This document shows, one piece after another, positions 18,532 to 29,079 of a DNA stretch of 64,000 nucleotides. The stretch covers positions 4,896,001 to 4,960,000 of the forward strand of contig OZ244744.1 of assembly GCA_965219455.1 (NCBI GenBank), given 5' to 3'. Under the pieces are notes generated by a model that saw only the letters and a program-made list of their open reading frames with translations, ran no database searches and had not been told where the DNA came from. Position numbers and translations under genes: made by a program. How positions within the stretch are numbered: the stretch's first letter is position 1; every line of letters begins with the position of its first letter. Origin of the DNA: Candidatus Latescibacterota bacterium. GTDB lineage: Bacteria; Latescibacterota; UBA2968; GCA-2709665.

Positions 18532-21500
18532 ATGTCGGACAGGAAAGAGTCCCTTCGGAAGCTGAAACAGCCGAAGAAATCATACCCGGACACGATGCTG
18601 GTTAAACACGGAACGGCCGTGTCGGCGATCGTCTGTCCGGATGATGCGCGCTACCGTGAACTGGCTGCAGAATTGCAGGGCAGAATTCGGGATCTTTCCG
18701 GCGCGAACCTTTCCGTGGTAACGGATACGGACGCGACGACGCCTCCGGACCGGCATCTTCTCCTGCTGGGGAACGTGAATACGAACCGCGTGGTATTTCG
18801 TCTCTACGGATACAATTATACCCCTGCGGATGACGTGTATCCGGGGCAAGGGGGGTATCTTGTTCAGACCATCCACGACCCGTGGGGGAACGGAAAGAAC
18901 GCCGTGGGGCTGTTCGGCAGCGACCTGGAAGGGGTCTGGACGGCGGTCGGCCGGTTCACGGAGGCGCTGGATGGTGAAAAGACGCTCTCGACGGGGCCGC
19001 TTTTCGAGGTCCGGTTCGGCCCGGAAGCTTTGCGGATTCCGAAGCTTGAAGACGAGCCCGACGTCGATTCGGAGATGGAGGCCGCGGAGGAGGCGCTGCG
19101 CCGCGGCGAACATACCGGCCTTTGGGGTCGGATTGGAGAGCGGGGGTTGTTGTACGGGCTGACGGGCAAAGACGTCTACGCCGAGCTTTACAAACGCCTC
19201 GTCGATCGAATGTACCGGCACGCGATGTCCGACCCCGACAACTACGGCGGCATCTGGGGGTTCGACGCGGATTTCGCCCTTTACAAGGTGATGCCGGGGT
19301 GGGATCTCGTGGAGGAAAGCCCTGTAATTTCGGAGGACGACCGGCTGCGGATTACCCGGATCCTGTTTGAATTCATCAACGATTGCGTGCCTCACGTGGG
19401 CAATATGAAGATACCCCACGTGCGGCACAACCATACCACGTTCGCCGCGTTGGGGCTGCATTACGCGGGCACTTACTATCGGAAGTATTACGGGTTGCCG
19501 GAGGCGGATGCCTGGCTGGCGCTGTCCGACGAGTGTTTCCGGCTCCAGGCGCAGGCGTTCAAGCCCCACGAAGATTGCAGCGGGTACCAATGGCTGACCC
19601 ACTATCATCTGACCAGGTATTCGCTTTCCTGTGGAGATATGACGTTCTTCGAGAATGGGTGTGCCCGGAAAGCCGCGGACTATTCCATTCTGACAACGGA
19701 CAATCTGGGCTATGCGCTTCCTTATGGAGACAACGCGTCGCCGTTCGGCTGGTGGAGCGAACTGCCCTATCTGAGGGCGGCGGTTTTTGTGCTGGGGGAT
19801 GGGCGCTATCAGTGGATGCTGGACAAGAAGACGGCCGTTGAACCTCAATTTGCCGCGTATGAATATCACAGACGGGTAACCCCTGTGGAACCGGCGGATC
19901 TGGACGGGACGCAGGTGTTCCCGGTGGATCCGCTGTATTACGAGTCGAACCTTGGAGAAGACCATCTTCCGTTGAAGAAATCCTTCGATAAGGTGGTGTT
20001 TCGAGACGGGTACGACCCGATGTCGCAGTATCTGTTTCTGGACGGGCTCTCCAACGGCGGTCACAAACATTACGACGGGAATTCGATATCCCGGATAACG
20101 CAGAGGCGGCGGATCTGGCTGGCCGACTGTGACTATATCAAGTCTCTGCCCAAGTTTCACAACGGCGTGCTGATTTTCAGAAATGGACAGTCCGCCGAGA
20201 TCCCGCCGTTTGTCGAACTCGAGCGTGCGGCGAATTTCGACAGGTCGGGATTTTCCGAGACGACACTGCGCAACTACAGCGGGGTGGACTGGCACCGGAA
20301 CATTCTCTGGAATCGGGGGCTGTTTTTTCTAGTCATCGACGAGATGGAGGCTCTCAGGGAGGACGACTACAGTTTCAGGGCGATATGGCAGACGCTGGGC
20401 AATGTGTCCGTGCGCGGCGGCGGGCTGGCGGTGGAGCAGGATGGGGAGCGGTTTTTTATCCAGGGATTGAAGGGACCGTCTCTGAAACTGGAGGATGACG
20501 AGGAAACGGGGAAGAACTGGGTGGGCTATCCGCATGCGGACCCGGTCGTGCGGATTCTGCAGCAGATCGTGGACGTGCATTTGAAGGCTCGTGAGACGTA
20601 TCGGTTCTTCAATCTGCTTTATTGCGGCGGCGAACCGGCGACGCGGAATTTGAAGCTGACGCAACTGACCGATGGGGCTGTCCGGGTCGACGGAGGTGAC
20701 GAGGTCGTCTTCGCCGGCGTGGGGGAAACCGATGTTCTGAGCGAAATTTCAGACGGTCCGGCCGTGGCCGCGGCGCAGTTTCTGGTGTCTCCGTCCCGGC
20801 TGGCGATCGTGGACGGCACCCGGGTCCGGTGGGGCGACCTGGAACTGACGTCGGAGCAGCCGGTGTCTTTAGAATACGATCTGGTGCGGGGTGAAGGTCG
20901 GACGATGGCCAGGAACGCCACGCGGCTGTGTCTGTGGACGGATGGTCGTTCGGTCGTCACCGTGGATGGAAAACCGGTGGACGCGTCGGTTTCCGGCGGC
21001 GTGGTCGCGTTTACGTTGCCGAAGGGCGAACATCGATTCTGCCTGGTGCCGGACTCCGTGATGAGCTTGCGCCGGGCCGCATCCCGTACGGTGCGCCCGA
21101 AGGCGACGCAACCGGCGTTGATCCGACCCAGGCGGGGTCGTGTCGGTCAGTTGAAGGCGATGTGGACGTTTCCGGAGGAGGGGCCATTCCTTTCCTTGTA
21201 CGGTGCCGATCTGCTGCGGGATGGGTCGGATGTTGTGGTGGCTGGCGGCCGGGGTGCATCGGTTTGCGCGCTGCACGACGGTGAGGCGCTCTGGCGGTTC
21301 CGGACAGGAGGTGAGGTCCGCTCCGTGTGGGCGGCGGACCTGGCGCGTGACGGCAGGACGCAAGTGATTGCCGGGTCTGCCGATACGAAGGTCTACGTAC
21401 TGAACGCAACGGGACATAAGGTATGGGACTATGAAATTCCACTGTATTATCGTACGCCGATGTTGAAAACGGTGTTCGCCGGCGATATCGATGGGGACGG

Positions 21501-22230
21501 CAAGCTGGAGGTGATCGCCGGAGCGGAGTCGTGGCGTTACTATGCGTTCACCCACGAAGGCAGGCTCTTGTGGTATCAGATGACGGTGCACTCATCCACC
21601 CATGGCTGCGCGGCGGACGTCGACGGGGATGGCAGGGACGAGGTGATTGCCGGAACAGAATATCACCGCTGGCACTGTATCGACGGCAGTGGAGAGATTC
21701 GTTGGTCCTACCATCCGAGGACGGGCCCCCGGACAAATTCCACCGCAGCGGGCGATCTGGATGGCGATGGAATGAAAGAAGTGGTCTTCGCCGGGGCCGA
21801 TACGCATATCCACACCCTGAACGCAGAGGGTAAGCTCCTCTGGCAGTTCAACACCGGAGATGAGGTCACGCAGGTCGTGACGGCCGATATGGATGGAGAC
21901 GGGTTGGACGAGGTCGTGGCATCATCGATGAGTTTCAACGTGTACGTGATAAAGGGCGACGGACGTACACAGATCTGGCGCGCGGATCTCGGGGAGGTCG
22001 TGCGATGTATTTCGGTGGGTGATTTTGACGGCGACGGCAAACCCGAAGTGGCCGCCGGAACCGAGGACGGTGTGGTGCACCTGCTTGCCAACGGAGATGG
22101 CCGGACGGTGGCGCGTTTCAAGACCGGTGGCCCGCTGTTGACAATGACCGCCGCGGACGTGGACGGCGACGGTATTCCGGAGATTGCCGCGGCGTCCGAA
22201 GATGGCGTGCTGTATGTGTTGAAGCCCTAG
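18532..22230 (+). CDS. Large heparinase II/III-like (polysaccharide lyase-like) protein with C-terminal FG-GAP beta-propeller
   Basis: RHNH in a helical domain, GHKHYDGNSI, FFLVIDEM; repeated DxDGDG motifs over about the last 330 aa. Confidence 0.6.
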   Translation: MSDRKESLRKLKQPKKSYPDTMLVKHGTAVSAIVCPDDARYRELAAELQGRIRDLSGANLSVVTDTDATTPPDRHLLLLGNVNTNRVVFRLYGYNYTPADDVYPGQGGYLVQTIHDPWGNGKNAVGLFGSDLEGVWTAVGRFTEALDGEKTLSTGPLFEVRFGPEALRIPKLEDEPDVDSEMEAAEEALRRGEHTGLWGRIGERGLLYGLTGKDVYAELYKRLVDRMYRHAMSDPDNYGGIWGFDADFALYKVMPGWDLVEESPVISEDDRLRITRILFEFINDCVPHVGNMKIPHVRHNHTTFAALGLHYAGTYYRKYYGLPEADAWLALSDECFRLQAQAFKPHEDCSGYQWLTHYHLTRYSLSCGDMTFFENGCARKAADYSILTTDNLGYALPYGDNASPFGWWSELPYLRAAVFVLGDGRYQWMLDKKTAVEPQFAAYEYHRRVTPVEPADLDGTQVFPVDPLYYESNLGEDHLPLKKSFDKVVFRDGYDPMSQYLFLDGLSNGGHKHYDGNSISRITQRRRIWLADCDYIKSLPKFHNGVLIFRNGQSAEIPPFVELERAANFDRSGFSETTLRNYSGVDWHRNILWNRGLFFLVIDEMEALREDDYSFRAIWQTLGNVSVRGGGLAVEQDGERFFIQGLKGPSLKLEDDEETGKNWVGYPHADPVVRILQQIVDVHLKARETYRFFNLLYCGGEPATRNLKLTQLTDGAVRVDGGDEVVFAGVGETDVLSEISDGPAVAAAQFLVSPSRLAIVDGTRVRWGDLELTSEQPVSLEYDLVRGEGRTMARNATRLCLWTDGRSVVTVDGKPVDASVSGGVVAFTLPKGEHRFCLVPDSVMSLRRAASRTVRPKATQPALIRPRRGRVGQLKAMWTFPEEGPFLSLYGADLLRDGSDVVVAGGRGASVCALHDGEALWRFRTGGEVRSVWAADLARDGRTQVIAGSADTKVYVLNATGHKVWDYEIPLYYRTPMLKTVFAGDIDGDGKLEVIAGAESWRYYAFTHEGRLLWYQMTVHSSTHGCAADVDGDGRDEVIAGTEYHRWHCIDGSGEIRWSYHPRTGPRTNSTAAGDLDGDGMKEVVFAGADTHIHTLNAEGKLLWQFNTGDEVTQVVTADMDGDGLDEVVASSMSFNVYVIKGDGRTQIWRADLGEVVRCISVGDFDGDGKPEVAAGTEDGVVHLLANGDGRTVARFKTGGPLLTMTAADVDGDGIPEIAAASEDGVLYVLKP

Positions 22231-22272
22231 TGTCCCGTCTCCCGGCAATCTATTGCCGGGACGGGACACTAG
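22227..22272. repeat. CTAG-bounded near-perfect palindrome (MITE remnant or terminator)
   Basis: CTAGTGTCCCGTCTCCCGGCAAT-CT-ATTGCCGGGACGGGACACTAG between convergent genes. Confidence 0.75.
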
Positions 22273-22354
22273 GGGAGGCGTACGCGATTTCTATCCGGCG
22301 CCGAGATGCTCTGCTCCGCCCGCACAAAGACCGCAGGGGGTTTTAAGACAGCTT

Positions 22355-22915
22355 CTAAAGGCCAAGTTCCCGCGCGATGCCGGCCATTGCATCCCGCACG
22401 AATGCAATGTGTTCGTCCAGGTCCACCCCGAGTTCCGATGCCCCGGTGCGGATGTCCTCCCGGTTGACGGCCCGCGCGAATCCTTTCTGTTTCAACTTCC
22501 TGCGTACGGACGAAATTTTCAGGTCTGCCAACCTCCTGGAAGGTTGCATGAGGGTAACGGCCACGATGAACCCTGTAAGTTCATCCGCGGCGAACAGGGC
22601 TTTGTCGAGCAGGCTGTCTCTCGGCACGCCCAGATAAGTGGCGTGGGACTTGATGGCGTGGATGACGTCAGGGGGATATCCTTTTTCCGTGAGGATGCGA
22701 ACGCCGACCATCGGGTGCTCCTCGGGATCGGGGTGCTTTTCGTAGTCGAAGTCGTGCAGCAGCCCCGTGATGCCCCACAAATCCTCGTTCTGCCCGAATC
22801 TGCGCGCGTAGGCCCGCATTGCCGCTTCGACAGCCAGCATGTGCTTGATAAGATTCGGATTCCTGGTGTGGTCGCACAACAGTTGAAAGGCTTCATCCCG
22901 GCTGGGTAGTGACAT
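22355..22915 (-). CDS. HD/HDIG-domain metal-dependent phosphohydrolase
   Basis: KHMLAVEA, GLLHDFDYE, AIKSH, AADELTG, FARAVNREDI. Confidence 0.9.
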   Translation of the reverse strand: MSLPSRDEAFQLLCDHTRNPNLIKHMLAVEAAMRAYARRFGQNEDLWGITGLLHDFDYEKHPDPEEHPMVGVRILTEKGYPPDVIHAIKSHATYLGVPRDSLLDKALFAADELTGFIVAVTLMQPSRRLADLKISSVRRKLKQKGFARAVNREDIRTGASELGVDLDEHIAFVRDAMAGIARELGL

Positions 22916-22929
22916 ACAGGCTCCTCGTG

Positions 22930-23544
22930 CTATGCCATGTGGCCGTTACCGCGGGTTCTCCGCTTGACTTCGAGAACGGTCTTCAGGGCGTCTTCCAGGG
23001 TGTCCGATACGGACCGCAGGCGTCGGTTCACGGAGGTCGTTTCCAGAAATTCCTGTTTCTCGGAGAGTGTCAGGTTGAGGCTGGCGGCAATGGCATAAGA
23101 AAGCTCCGATGGAGGACAGTTCGACTCCCGTCTCCAGTCCAGCCAGCCAAGCGAGAGTTTGACCGCGTCCTGGTAGAGTTCGAGGGCGCGGTTGGCGAGC
23201 TCAGGGTCCGCGGGTTCCCGTGCATCTTCGACTTCCTCCACGATTCCTGATATATAGGGGTGGACATCCAGGCGTTTTAACACCCGGAAACGCCTGGTGC
23301 CCCGAACCACAATATTCATGCGCCCGTCCGGAAACCGGGTGACCAGCTTTGAAACGGTCGCGCCGCACCCGGTATCGTGAAAGTTGTCGTCTGTGCCGAA
23401 CACGAGCCCGAATTCCGCCTTCGTATCCATACATCGCTTGATCATTTGCCGGTATCGATCTTCAAAGATATGAAGTGGAATCTGCTGGAAGGGAAAGAGG
23501 ACCAGTTCCAGCGGAAAAAGAGGCAATTCAAATGGCTCACTCAT
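22930..23544 (-). CDS. LON peptidase substrate-binding domain protein
   Basis: LPLFPL..VLFP...PLHIFEDRYRQMI, DGRMNI. Confidence 0.9.
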   Translation of the reverse strand: MSEPFELPLFPLELVLFPFQQIPLHIFEDRYRQMIKRCMDTKAEFGLVFGTDDNFHDTGCGATVSKLVTRFPDGRMNIVVRGTRRFRVLKRLDVHPYISGIVEEVEDAREPADPELANRALELYQDAVKLSLGWLDWRRESNCPPSELSYAIAASLNLTLSEKQEFLETTSVNRRLRSVSDTLEDALKTVLEVKRRTRGNGHMA

Positions 23545-23616
23545 GTCGAGCCTCTTCTACCGGAGGGGGTGACTGAAGTGTGAGGTCTCCGAATCGGCCG
23601 GCGTCTTTGCGGCGGC

Positions 23617-24501
23617 TTACGGATTGTTGCGGGTGAGCGTTTCGAACAATTTCCGTGTGGCCATCGAAAAACTGCGCCCTTTGCGTTGCAGGACGCCCAG
23701 CGGGCGTATCAATGGCTTGCCGCGAAGCGGAAGCGCCTTGATGGTGTCTTTGAATCTTCCCTGTTTCAATGCCGATGAAGGCACGAGTGAAATTCCGATG
23801 CCGACTTCGACGGCGTGGATCAGCGTCGCAATGTGGTCCAGTTCCATGACCGATCGGAGGGTCACGCCGTGTTTCCGGAAATAACCGTCGATGGCCGTCC
23901 GCGTGGGAGCTTCAGGTGTGAACAGGATAAGCGGATGTTCGCCCAGTTCACCGGGACTGACGGTCGATTGCGTGCTGAGCGGGTCGGATACAGAGCAGAT
24001 CACGACCATCGGGTCTTGCGCGAACGGGACCGCGTCCACATTTCGTTGAGAGCGGGGAAAGGCAACAACCCCGAGGTCGATCTGGCCACTTTCGACGTCG
24101 TCGTAGATATTTTTTGCCTGTGTATACGACAATCGCAGATCGACTCCGGGATGGGACTTGATATAAGTTTTCAGAAACGGGGCCAGTTCCGTCATGCCCA
24201 CGCTGTAGATGGCGGAAAGTCGAACGGTTCCGGAAACCTCGCCGCTCAATGCCTGAATGCGATGTTGCATGTCGTCGAAGCGGCTGACGATCTCCCGTGC
24301 GTAGCCGTAGAAGATTTCACCTTCCGCGGTGAGGGAAAGCCGTCTTTTCTCCCGCTGTACCAGCTGACGCCCCTGTCGTTTTTCGATGCTCTTGAGTTGC
24401 TGGCTGACAGCAGATTGGCTGACGTTATTGAGCAGGGCGGTTTTGGAAAAGCTCTGGGTTTCCATGAGGTCGCAAAAGACCTTCAAGCTTTCTGTAAGCA
24501 C
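23617..24501 (-). CDS. LysR-family transcriptional regulator
   Basis: SFSKTA..NNVSQSAVSQQLKSIE HTH plus substrate-binding domain; start placed at GTG 24501. Confidence 0.9.
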   Translation of the reverse strand: MLTESLKVFCDLMETQSFSKTALLNNVSQSAVSQQLKSIEKRQGRQLVQREKRRLSLTAEGEIFYGYAREIVSRFDDMQHRIQALSGEVSGTVRLSAIYSVGMTELAPFLKTYIKSHPGVDLRLSYTQAKNIYDDVESGQIDLGVVAFPRSQRNVDAVPFAQDPMVVICSVSDPLSTQSTVSPGELGEHPLILFTPEAPTRTAIDGYFRKHGVTLRSVMELDHIATLIHAVEVGIGISLVPSSALKQGRFKDTIKALPLRGKPLIRPLGVLQRKGRSFSMATRKLFETLTRNNP

Positions 24502-24850
24502 GAAAAGGTTTCCAATTCGGTGTGAATGCCTTTTTCCGGATGCGAAGGCGATAGGAAGGCGCCCCCGGACGGCATGCGCCCGCATGGGGATTCACATATT
24601 CGGATTGCTTGTTCCATGAACGGGGACGACTCGATTTCGATCGCCCGTAACGGTGTCCGCGTTATCGGAATTCGACGCGCGGCAACGCACGGACATTCAG
24701 CCACGTCAATCAGTGGATCACGCAAGGAAAACTATAAGATTTACGAAAGCAAGTCAATAGAAAACCTATATGTCCGGGCGACGAGCGCGGGGAAGGAAAC
24801 GCAAGCCCGTGCGGCGGGCCAGTCTAACTGCTTGCGAACTATTAATTTTC

Positions 24851-24879
24851 TTGTCTTAAACTGCCCCTGGGGGTATATT
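24851..24879 (+). promoter_or_regulatory. Putative sigma70 promoter of accD
   Basis: TTGTCT, 17 bp, TATATT. Confidence 0.5.
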
Positions 24880-24952
24880 TTGCGTTCCGCCCAAGCCGGT
24901 TCCGGAGGCGCGGAAACGTGGGAATGCAAGGGGTCTGAAAGGAAAAAAGATC

Positions 24953-25846
24953 GTGAATTGGTTTGATCGGTTGAAGTCCGGCATTCAAACGCTGGTCCGG
25001 CGGACAATGCCCGACAATCTATGGATCAAGTGCGAACGTTGCCATCAGACGCTTTACAGCAAACAACTGCGGCAGGAGTTCGGGATATGTCCCCATTGCG
25101 GCGCGCATTTCAGGATCGGCTATAAAGAGTATCTGGATCATATCCTGGAGGCAGGCTCTTTCGAAGAAATGGCCAGCGAGGTGAAATCCGCCGATCCGCT
25201 GCAATTCGAAGATCGCAAGCGATATGCCGACAGGATCCGGGAGGGCCGCAAAGCCACCGGGCTGGATGCGGCGGTTTGTGTCGGCATCGGTAAGATCGAT
25301 GGTTGGCGCGTCGGCGTGGGTATCCACGAACCGGCGTTCATCATGGGTACGCTGTCTTCGGCGGAGGGCGAGCGGTTTTGCCGCCTGATCGATCGCTGTA
25401 TCAGGGAGCGCCTGCCGCTCATCCTGATCTGCCGCTCGGGTGGAGCCCGGATGCAGGAGAGCGCGCTCTCCCTGATGCAACTGGCAAAAATCAACGCCAG
25501 GCTGGCGCGGTTTGCAGACGCGGGGCTATTGTTCATTTCCATACTGACCGATCCCACGACGGCCGGTGTGTCGGCCAGCTATGCCCTTATCGGCGATATC
25601 AATATTGCGGAGCCCAATGCGTTGATCGGTTTTACGGGAGAGCGGATTACCGGGAGCTCGGTGGGCGAGGAGGAATTGGAGGCGCTCCGTCGGGCCCAGC
25701 GCGCCGAAAAGGTCCTGGAGAACGGATTCGTCGATATGATCGTGCCGCGCAACGAAATGCAGCAGACGCTGGCCAGTCTGTTTTCACTATTATTGAACTC
25801 GCAATCCGACGAGGATGTGCGGGTAATGACCACGGATCCGGCCTGA
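24953..25846 (+). CDS. accD: Acetyl-CoA carboxylase carboxyltransferase beta subunit
   Basis: LWIKCERC...CPHC zinc ribbon, SGGARMQE, LTDPTTAGVSASYA. Confidence 0.95.
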   Translation: MNWFDRLKSGIQTLVRRTMPDNLWIKCERCHQTLYSKQLRQEFGICPHCGAHFRIGYKEYLDHILEAGSFEEMASEVKSADPLQFEDRKRYADRIREGRKATGLDAAVCVGIGKIDGWRVGVGIHEPAFIMGTLSSAEGERFCRLIDRCIRERLPLILICRSGGARMQESALSLMQLAKINARLARFADAGLLFISILTDPTTAGVSASYALIGDINIAEPNALIGFTGERITGSSVGEEELEALRRAQRAEKVLENGFVDMIVPRNEMQQTLASLFSLLLNSQSDEDVRVMTTDPA

Positions 25847-25925
25847 GTTCGGCGCGTGACCGAGGATCCTGACGCCCCGCCTTCTGCATTCCGATTCCCG
25901 GACGGCAATCTCGCGAGAGGCAGAC

Positions 25926-26459
25926 ATGGGTGCGGGTCTCAACGTCTATGTGGCGGTTTTTCTGTTTCGGAAAAACCGTGTTTTATTACTTGAGCGCGCG
26001 CCTCACAAGGGGTTTGCGCCGGGCCGATGGACAGGGGTCGGGGGCCGGGTGGAACCGGACGAGATGTCCAATCTGGAAGCGGCGGCACTCCGGGAGGTGG
26101 CAGAGGAAGCCGGAATCGAAGCGGAGGACGTCGAAGATCTCGACATCCGGGTCGTGTTGACCCGGCCTGAAGACGGCGACGTCACAACCGTGGTGTTTTT
26201 CACGGGGTATACCGATCGCGAGGGGTTGCCGCCCTGTAGCGAAGGCCGGCTGCACTGGGTCGCGATGGATCGCGTCGACGACCTGGATCTGGTAGAAAAC
26301 GCCGGATATGCTCTGAATCTGGCCATTCAGGCGGAGGAATCCGGATTATCGGGCGTTTATTTCGCGGTGGAAGACGCGACGGGCAGTGGCGCCATCAGCG
26401 CCGTGAGGGTCAATCGCTCGGCATTGGGGCATTTGCCAGGACAACGGGAAATACAATGA
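25926..26459 (+). CDS. NUDIX hydrolase
   Basis: GGRVEPDE...AALREVAEEAG Nudix box. Confidence 0.88.
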   Translation: MGAGLNVYVAVFLFRKNRVLLLERAPHKGFAPGRWTGVGGRVEPDEMSNLEAAALREVAEEAGIEAEDVEDLDIRVVLTRPEDGDVTTVVFFTGYTDREGLPPCSEGRLHWVAMDRVDDLDLVENAGYALNLAIQAEESGLSGVYFAVEDATGSGAISAVRVNRSALGHLPGQREIQ

Positions 26460-27529
26460 AATTCGTGATTCGGGCCGGCGGCGTCGGCACCCGCCTGTGG
26501 CCCTTCAGCCGGACGACGCGGCCCAAGCAGTTCCACAGGATGGTCGGCGAACGCACCATGCTGCAGGAGGCCGTGCACCGGATCCGGCCGCTGGTCGGCG
26601 TCCGCGATCTCCACGTTTCAACGGGCAACGAACTGGTCCCGCTTGTCCGGGAGCAGCTTCCCGAACTGCCCGAGGCTGGCCTCATTGTGGAACCGGCGTT
26701 GCGCAATACCGGCCCGGCCGTTGGGCTCGAATGCGTGCTGCTCGAGAGCCGGTACCCCGGCTGTACCGTGGCCAGCCTGGGCTCGGACCATCATATAGGA
26801 AAGCCTGACGAGTTCGGCCGTCTGCTCCGGGTGGCGGAAGAAGCCGCGGAGGAGGATCCCGAAACGCTGTTTACGCTGGGGGTGAAGCCCACCCGCGTGG
26901 AAACGGGATACGGTTATATTCAGAAAGGCGCGGTCGCCAGGCGGGTAAACGGAGAGCAGGTTTACCGTGTGGAGAGGTTCAGGGAGAAACCCGATGAACA
27001 AACGGCAATGCGATTCGCGGAGAGTGGCGATTATCTCTGGAACAGCAACATGTTCGTCTGGAAGGCGCGTACGGTCCTGGCGCTATTCGAGCAATTCGAG
27101 CCGGAACTCCACCGTATTCTGATGCGCATTCGGGCCGCTGTGGGTACAGGGGCGGAACGGACTGTGATCGAGCGGGAATATCCCCGTATGAACGAGGTGG
27201 CCATCGACAATGCCATCATTGAACAAGCCCCGAAGGTGGCCACCCTGGAGGCGGATATCGACTGGAGCGATATCGGCAGTTGGGGCGCGTTGACGGAAGT
27301 CCTTCCCGTCGACACCGAGGGCAATCTGATCTCCGGTGAGGTATTGAGTCTGAATTCTCGGGATATCACCGCCTATGGTGTAGAGGGCAAGCTGATCGCC
27401 CTTGTAGACGTGGAGGGTCTGGTCGTCGTGGATACGCCCGACGCGCTGCTGATCTGTCGGCGCGACCGGACGCAGCGCGTCAGAGACGTTGTCGCAGCCC
27501 TGCGAGAGGGCCGCGCCGGGTATATATAG
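26456..27529 (+). CDS. Mannose-1-phosphate guanylyltransferase
   Basis: AGGVGTRLWPFSR..PKQF, RNTGPA, SDH, ETGYGYI, FREKP, WSDIGSW. Confidence 0.92.
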   Translation: MKFVIRAGGVGTRLWPFSRTTRPKQFHRMVGERTMLQEAVHRIRPLVGVRDLHVSTGNELVPLVREQLPELPEAGLIVEPALRNTGPAVGLECVLLESRYPGCTVASLGSDHHIGKPDEFGRLLRVAEEAAEEDPETLFTLGVKPTRVETGYGYIQKGAVARRVNGEQVYRVERFREKPDEQTAMRFAESGDYLWNSNMFVWKARTVLALFEQFEPELHRILMRIRAAVGTGAERTVIEREYPRMNEVAIDNAIIEQAPKVATLEADIDWSDIGSWGALTEVLPVDTEGNLISGEVLSLNSRDITAYGVEGKLIALVDVEGLVVVDTPDALLICRRDRTQRVRDVVAALREGRAGYI

Positions 27530-27655
27530 TAAAGGGAACGGGACCTCCGATCACTGGCGCGGTTTACGGTTCGGAAGGCGTCTTGAACGCTTTGCGTGGA
27601 ATAGTGAGCGAACGCGATATCGCGGCGTCTCGGATTTGACAACGGAGAAGCCGAC

Positions 27656-28096
27656 GTGAAAATACTTGTGCTCCAGGGACCGAATCTGAATATGCTGGGC
27701 AAACGGAAGGCGGCTCATTATGGTCTCGTCACGCTGGACGAGATCCACTCCCGGCTCGAGGAACGGGCGGGTGCGATGGGCTGCCAGTTGGAGTTCCTGC
27801 AGTCCAACCACGAGGGCGCCCTTGTCGACAAGGTTCAGGCTGATCGGGATCGTGTCCAGGGGATCATTCTCAATCCGGCGGGGCTTACCGGGTACGGCTA
27901 TTCACTGCGGGATGCGATCGAAGACAGCGGGCTCCCGGCGGTGGAGGTGCATCTGTCCAATATCCACGCGAGGGAAGCGTTCCGAAGGCATTCCTGCTTT
28001 TCGGCCATCGTGGTGGGGCAGGTTGCAGGATTCAAATGGCGGGGTTATATCGCGGCGCTGGAGATGCTGGTGGAGATGCTGAGAGAAGAAGGATAA
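27656..28096 (+). CDS. aroQ: Type II 3-dehydroquinate dehydratase
   Basis: GPNLNMLGKR...YG, QSNHEG, NPAG, EVHLSNIHAREAFR. Confidence 0.96.
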   Translation: MKILVLQGPNLNMLGKRKAAHYGLVTLDEIHSRLEERAGAMGCQLEFLQSNHEGALVDKVQADRDRVQGIILNPAGLTGYGYSLRDAIEDSGLPAVEVHLSNIHAREAFRRHSCFSAIVVGQVAGFKWRGYIAALEMLVEMLREEG

Positions 28097-28117
28097 ACAA
28101 AGGCAGGGTCAATTCAC

Positions 28118-28155
28118 AAAAAATACGCCCCGGAGAGATCCCCGGGGCATCTTTG
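28118..28155. terminator. Probable bidirectional terminator
   Basis: AAAAAA, stem GCCCCGG/CCGGGGC, then ATCTTTG; between convergent genes. Confidence 0.6.
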
Positions 28156-28187
28156 TTCGTTCTCCGATTTTCCGGAACCGCGCGCGG

Positions 28188-28880
28188 TCAGTTTCGCCTC
28201 GCCTTCACCTCATATCGCATGGCTTCGGCGACAATGCTGGCGGCGCCGTCGATTCCGGTCTGGCAGGTATTGAGCGTCAGGTGATAATTATCCGCGGCGT
28301 TCCAGGCAATCCCGTAGTGTCTCTTGATATAGCGTTTCCGGTAATCGTCCATTTTTCGGATGCGTTTGGCGGCATCGTCGGACTCCAGTTCGTCCCGATC
28401 CATGACCACCTGAATTCGATAGTCGATCGGGGCGACCACCCGCAGATGCAACGTGCCGGATCGGTCTCTCAGCAGGGCCTGTCCGCCCCGGCCAACCAGG
28501 ACCACGTTGTCCCGCTCGGCCAGACGCGAGATGACTTCGCGCGTGATGGAGACGAAAGCCTCTTCGTCCGGTAGAGGAAGACCGGAATCGGCTTGGCCGG
28601 TCAGTTCGGGCACAGTGGCGGTTGCCCACCATTCGTACTCCGAGAGGCCCGTAATGGCCTCCGGATGCCCGGGCGTGAGAAATTTTCGAATCACGCGCAT
28701 GGCGGGATGTTCAGGGCGTTCGTCAAACCGTTCGGCTTCGGAGACCGGAACCTGGGCTTCGTTGGCCACTTCCACGAGCAGGTCTTTGTTCATGCAAAGA
28801 TAACCCAACAGATCGGCTGCTCTCTGAGCGACCGTTCGTCCGTCGCTGCCGTATTCTCTTGAGACGGTAATCACACCCAT
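28188..28880 (-). CDS. Cytidylate kinase-like family protein
   Basis: VITVSREYGSDG, VVLVGRGG, D..RKRY, YHLTLNT. Confidence 0.88.
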   Translation of the reverse strand: MGVITVSREYGSDGRTVAQRAADLLGYLCMNKDLLVEVANEAQVPVSEAERFDERPEHPAMRVIRKFLTPGHPEAITGLSEYEWWATATVPELTGQADSGLPLPDEEAFVSITREVISRLAERDNVVLVGRGGQALLRDRSGTLHLRVVAPIDYRIQVVMDRDELESDDAAKRIRKMDDYRKRYIKRHYGIAWNAADNYHLTLNTCQTGIDGAASIVAEAMRYEVKARRN

Positions 28881-29079
28881 ATTGAGCCTCGCTGATGTGA
28901 GATGCCGCTTTCGGATTCAGCATTGAGCGGAAGGTGACAAAATCCGGATAATGGCATAAACTAGCCGGTATTTTCAATTTGTCAATGGGTTTGCAGGCCG
29001 GGGTGTCCTGCGGACGGCCACGCTGATCGTTCCTGAAAAGGGGGTTCGGCGGATGCCGCTGCTAACGAGGGGGCAATCG

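Noticed and set aside
18580-20295. 571-aa minus-strand ORF
   Set aside because: Antisense shadow of the 1232-aa gene
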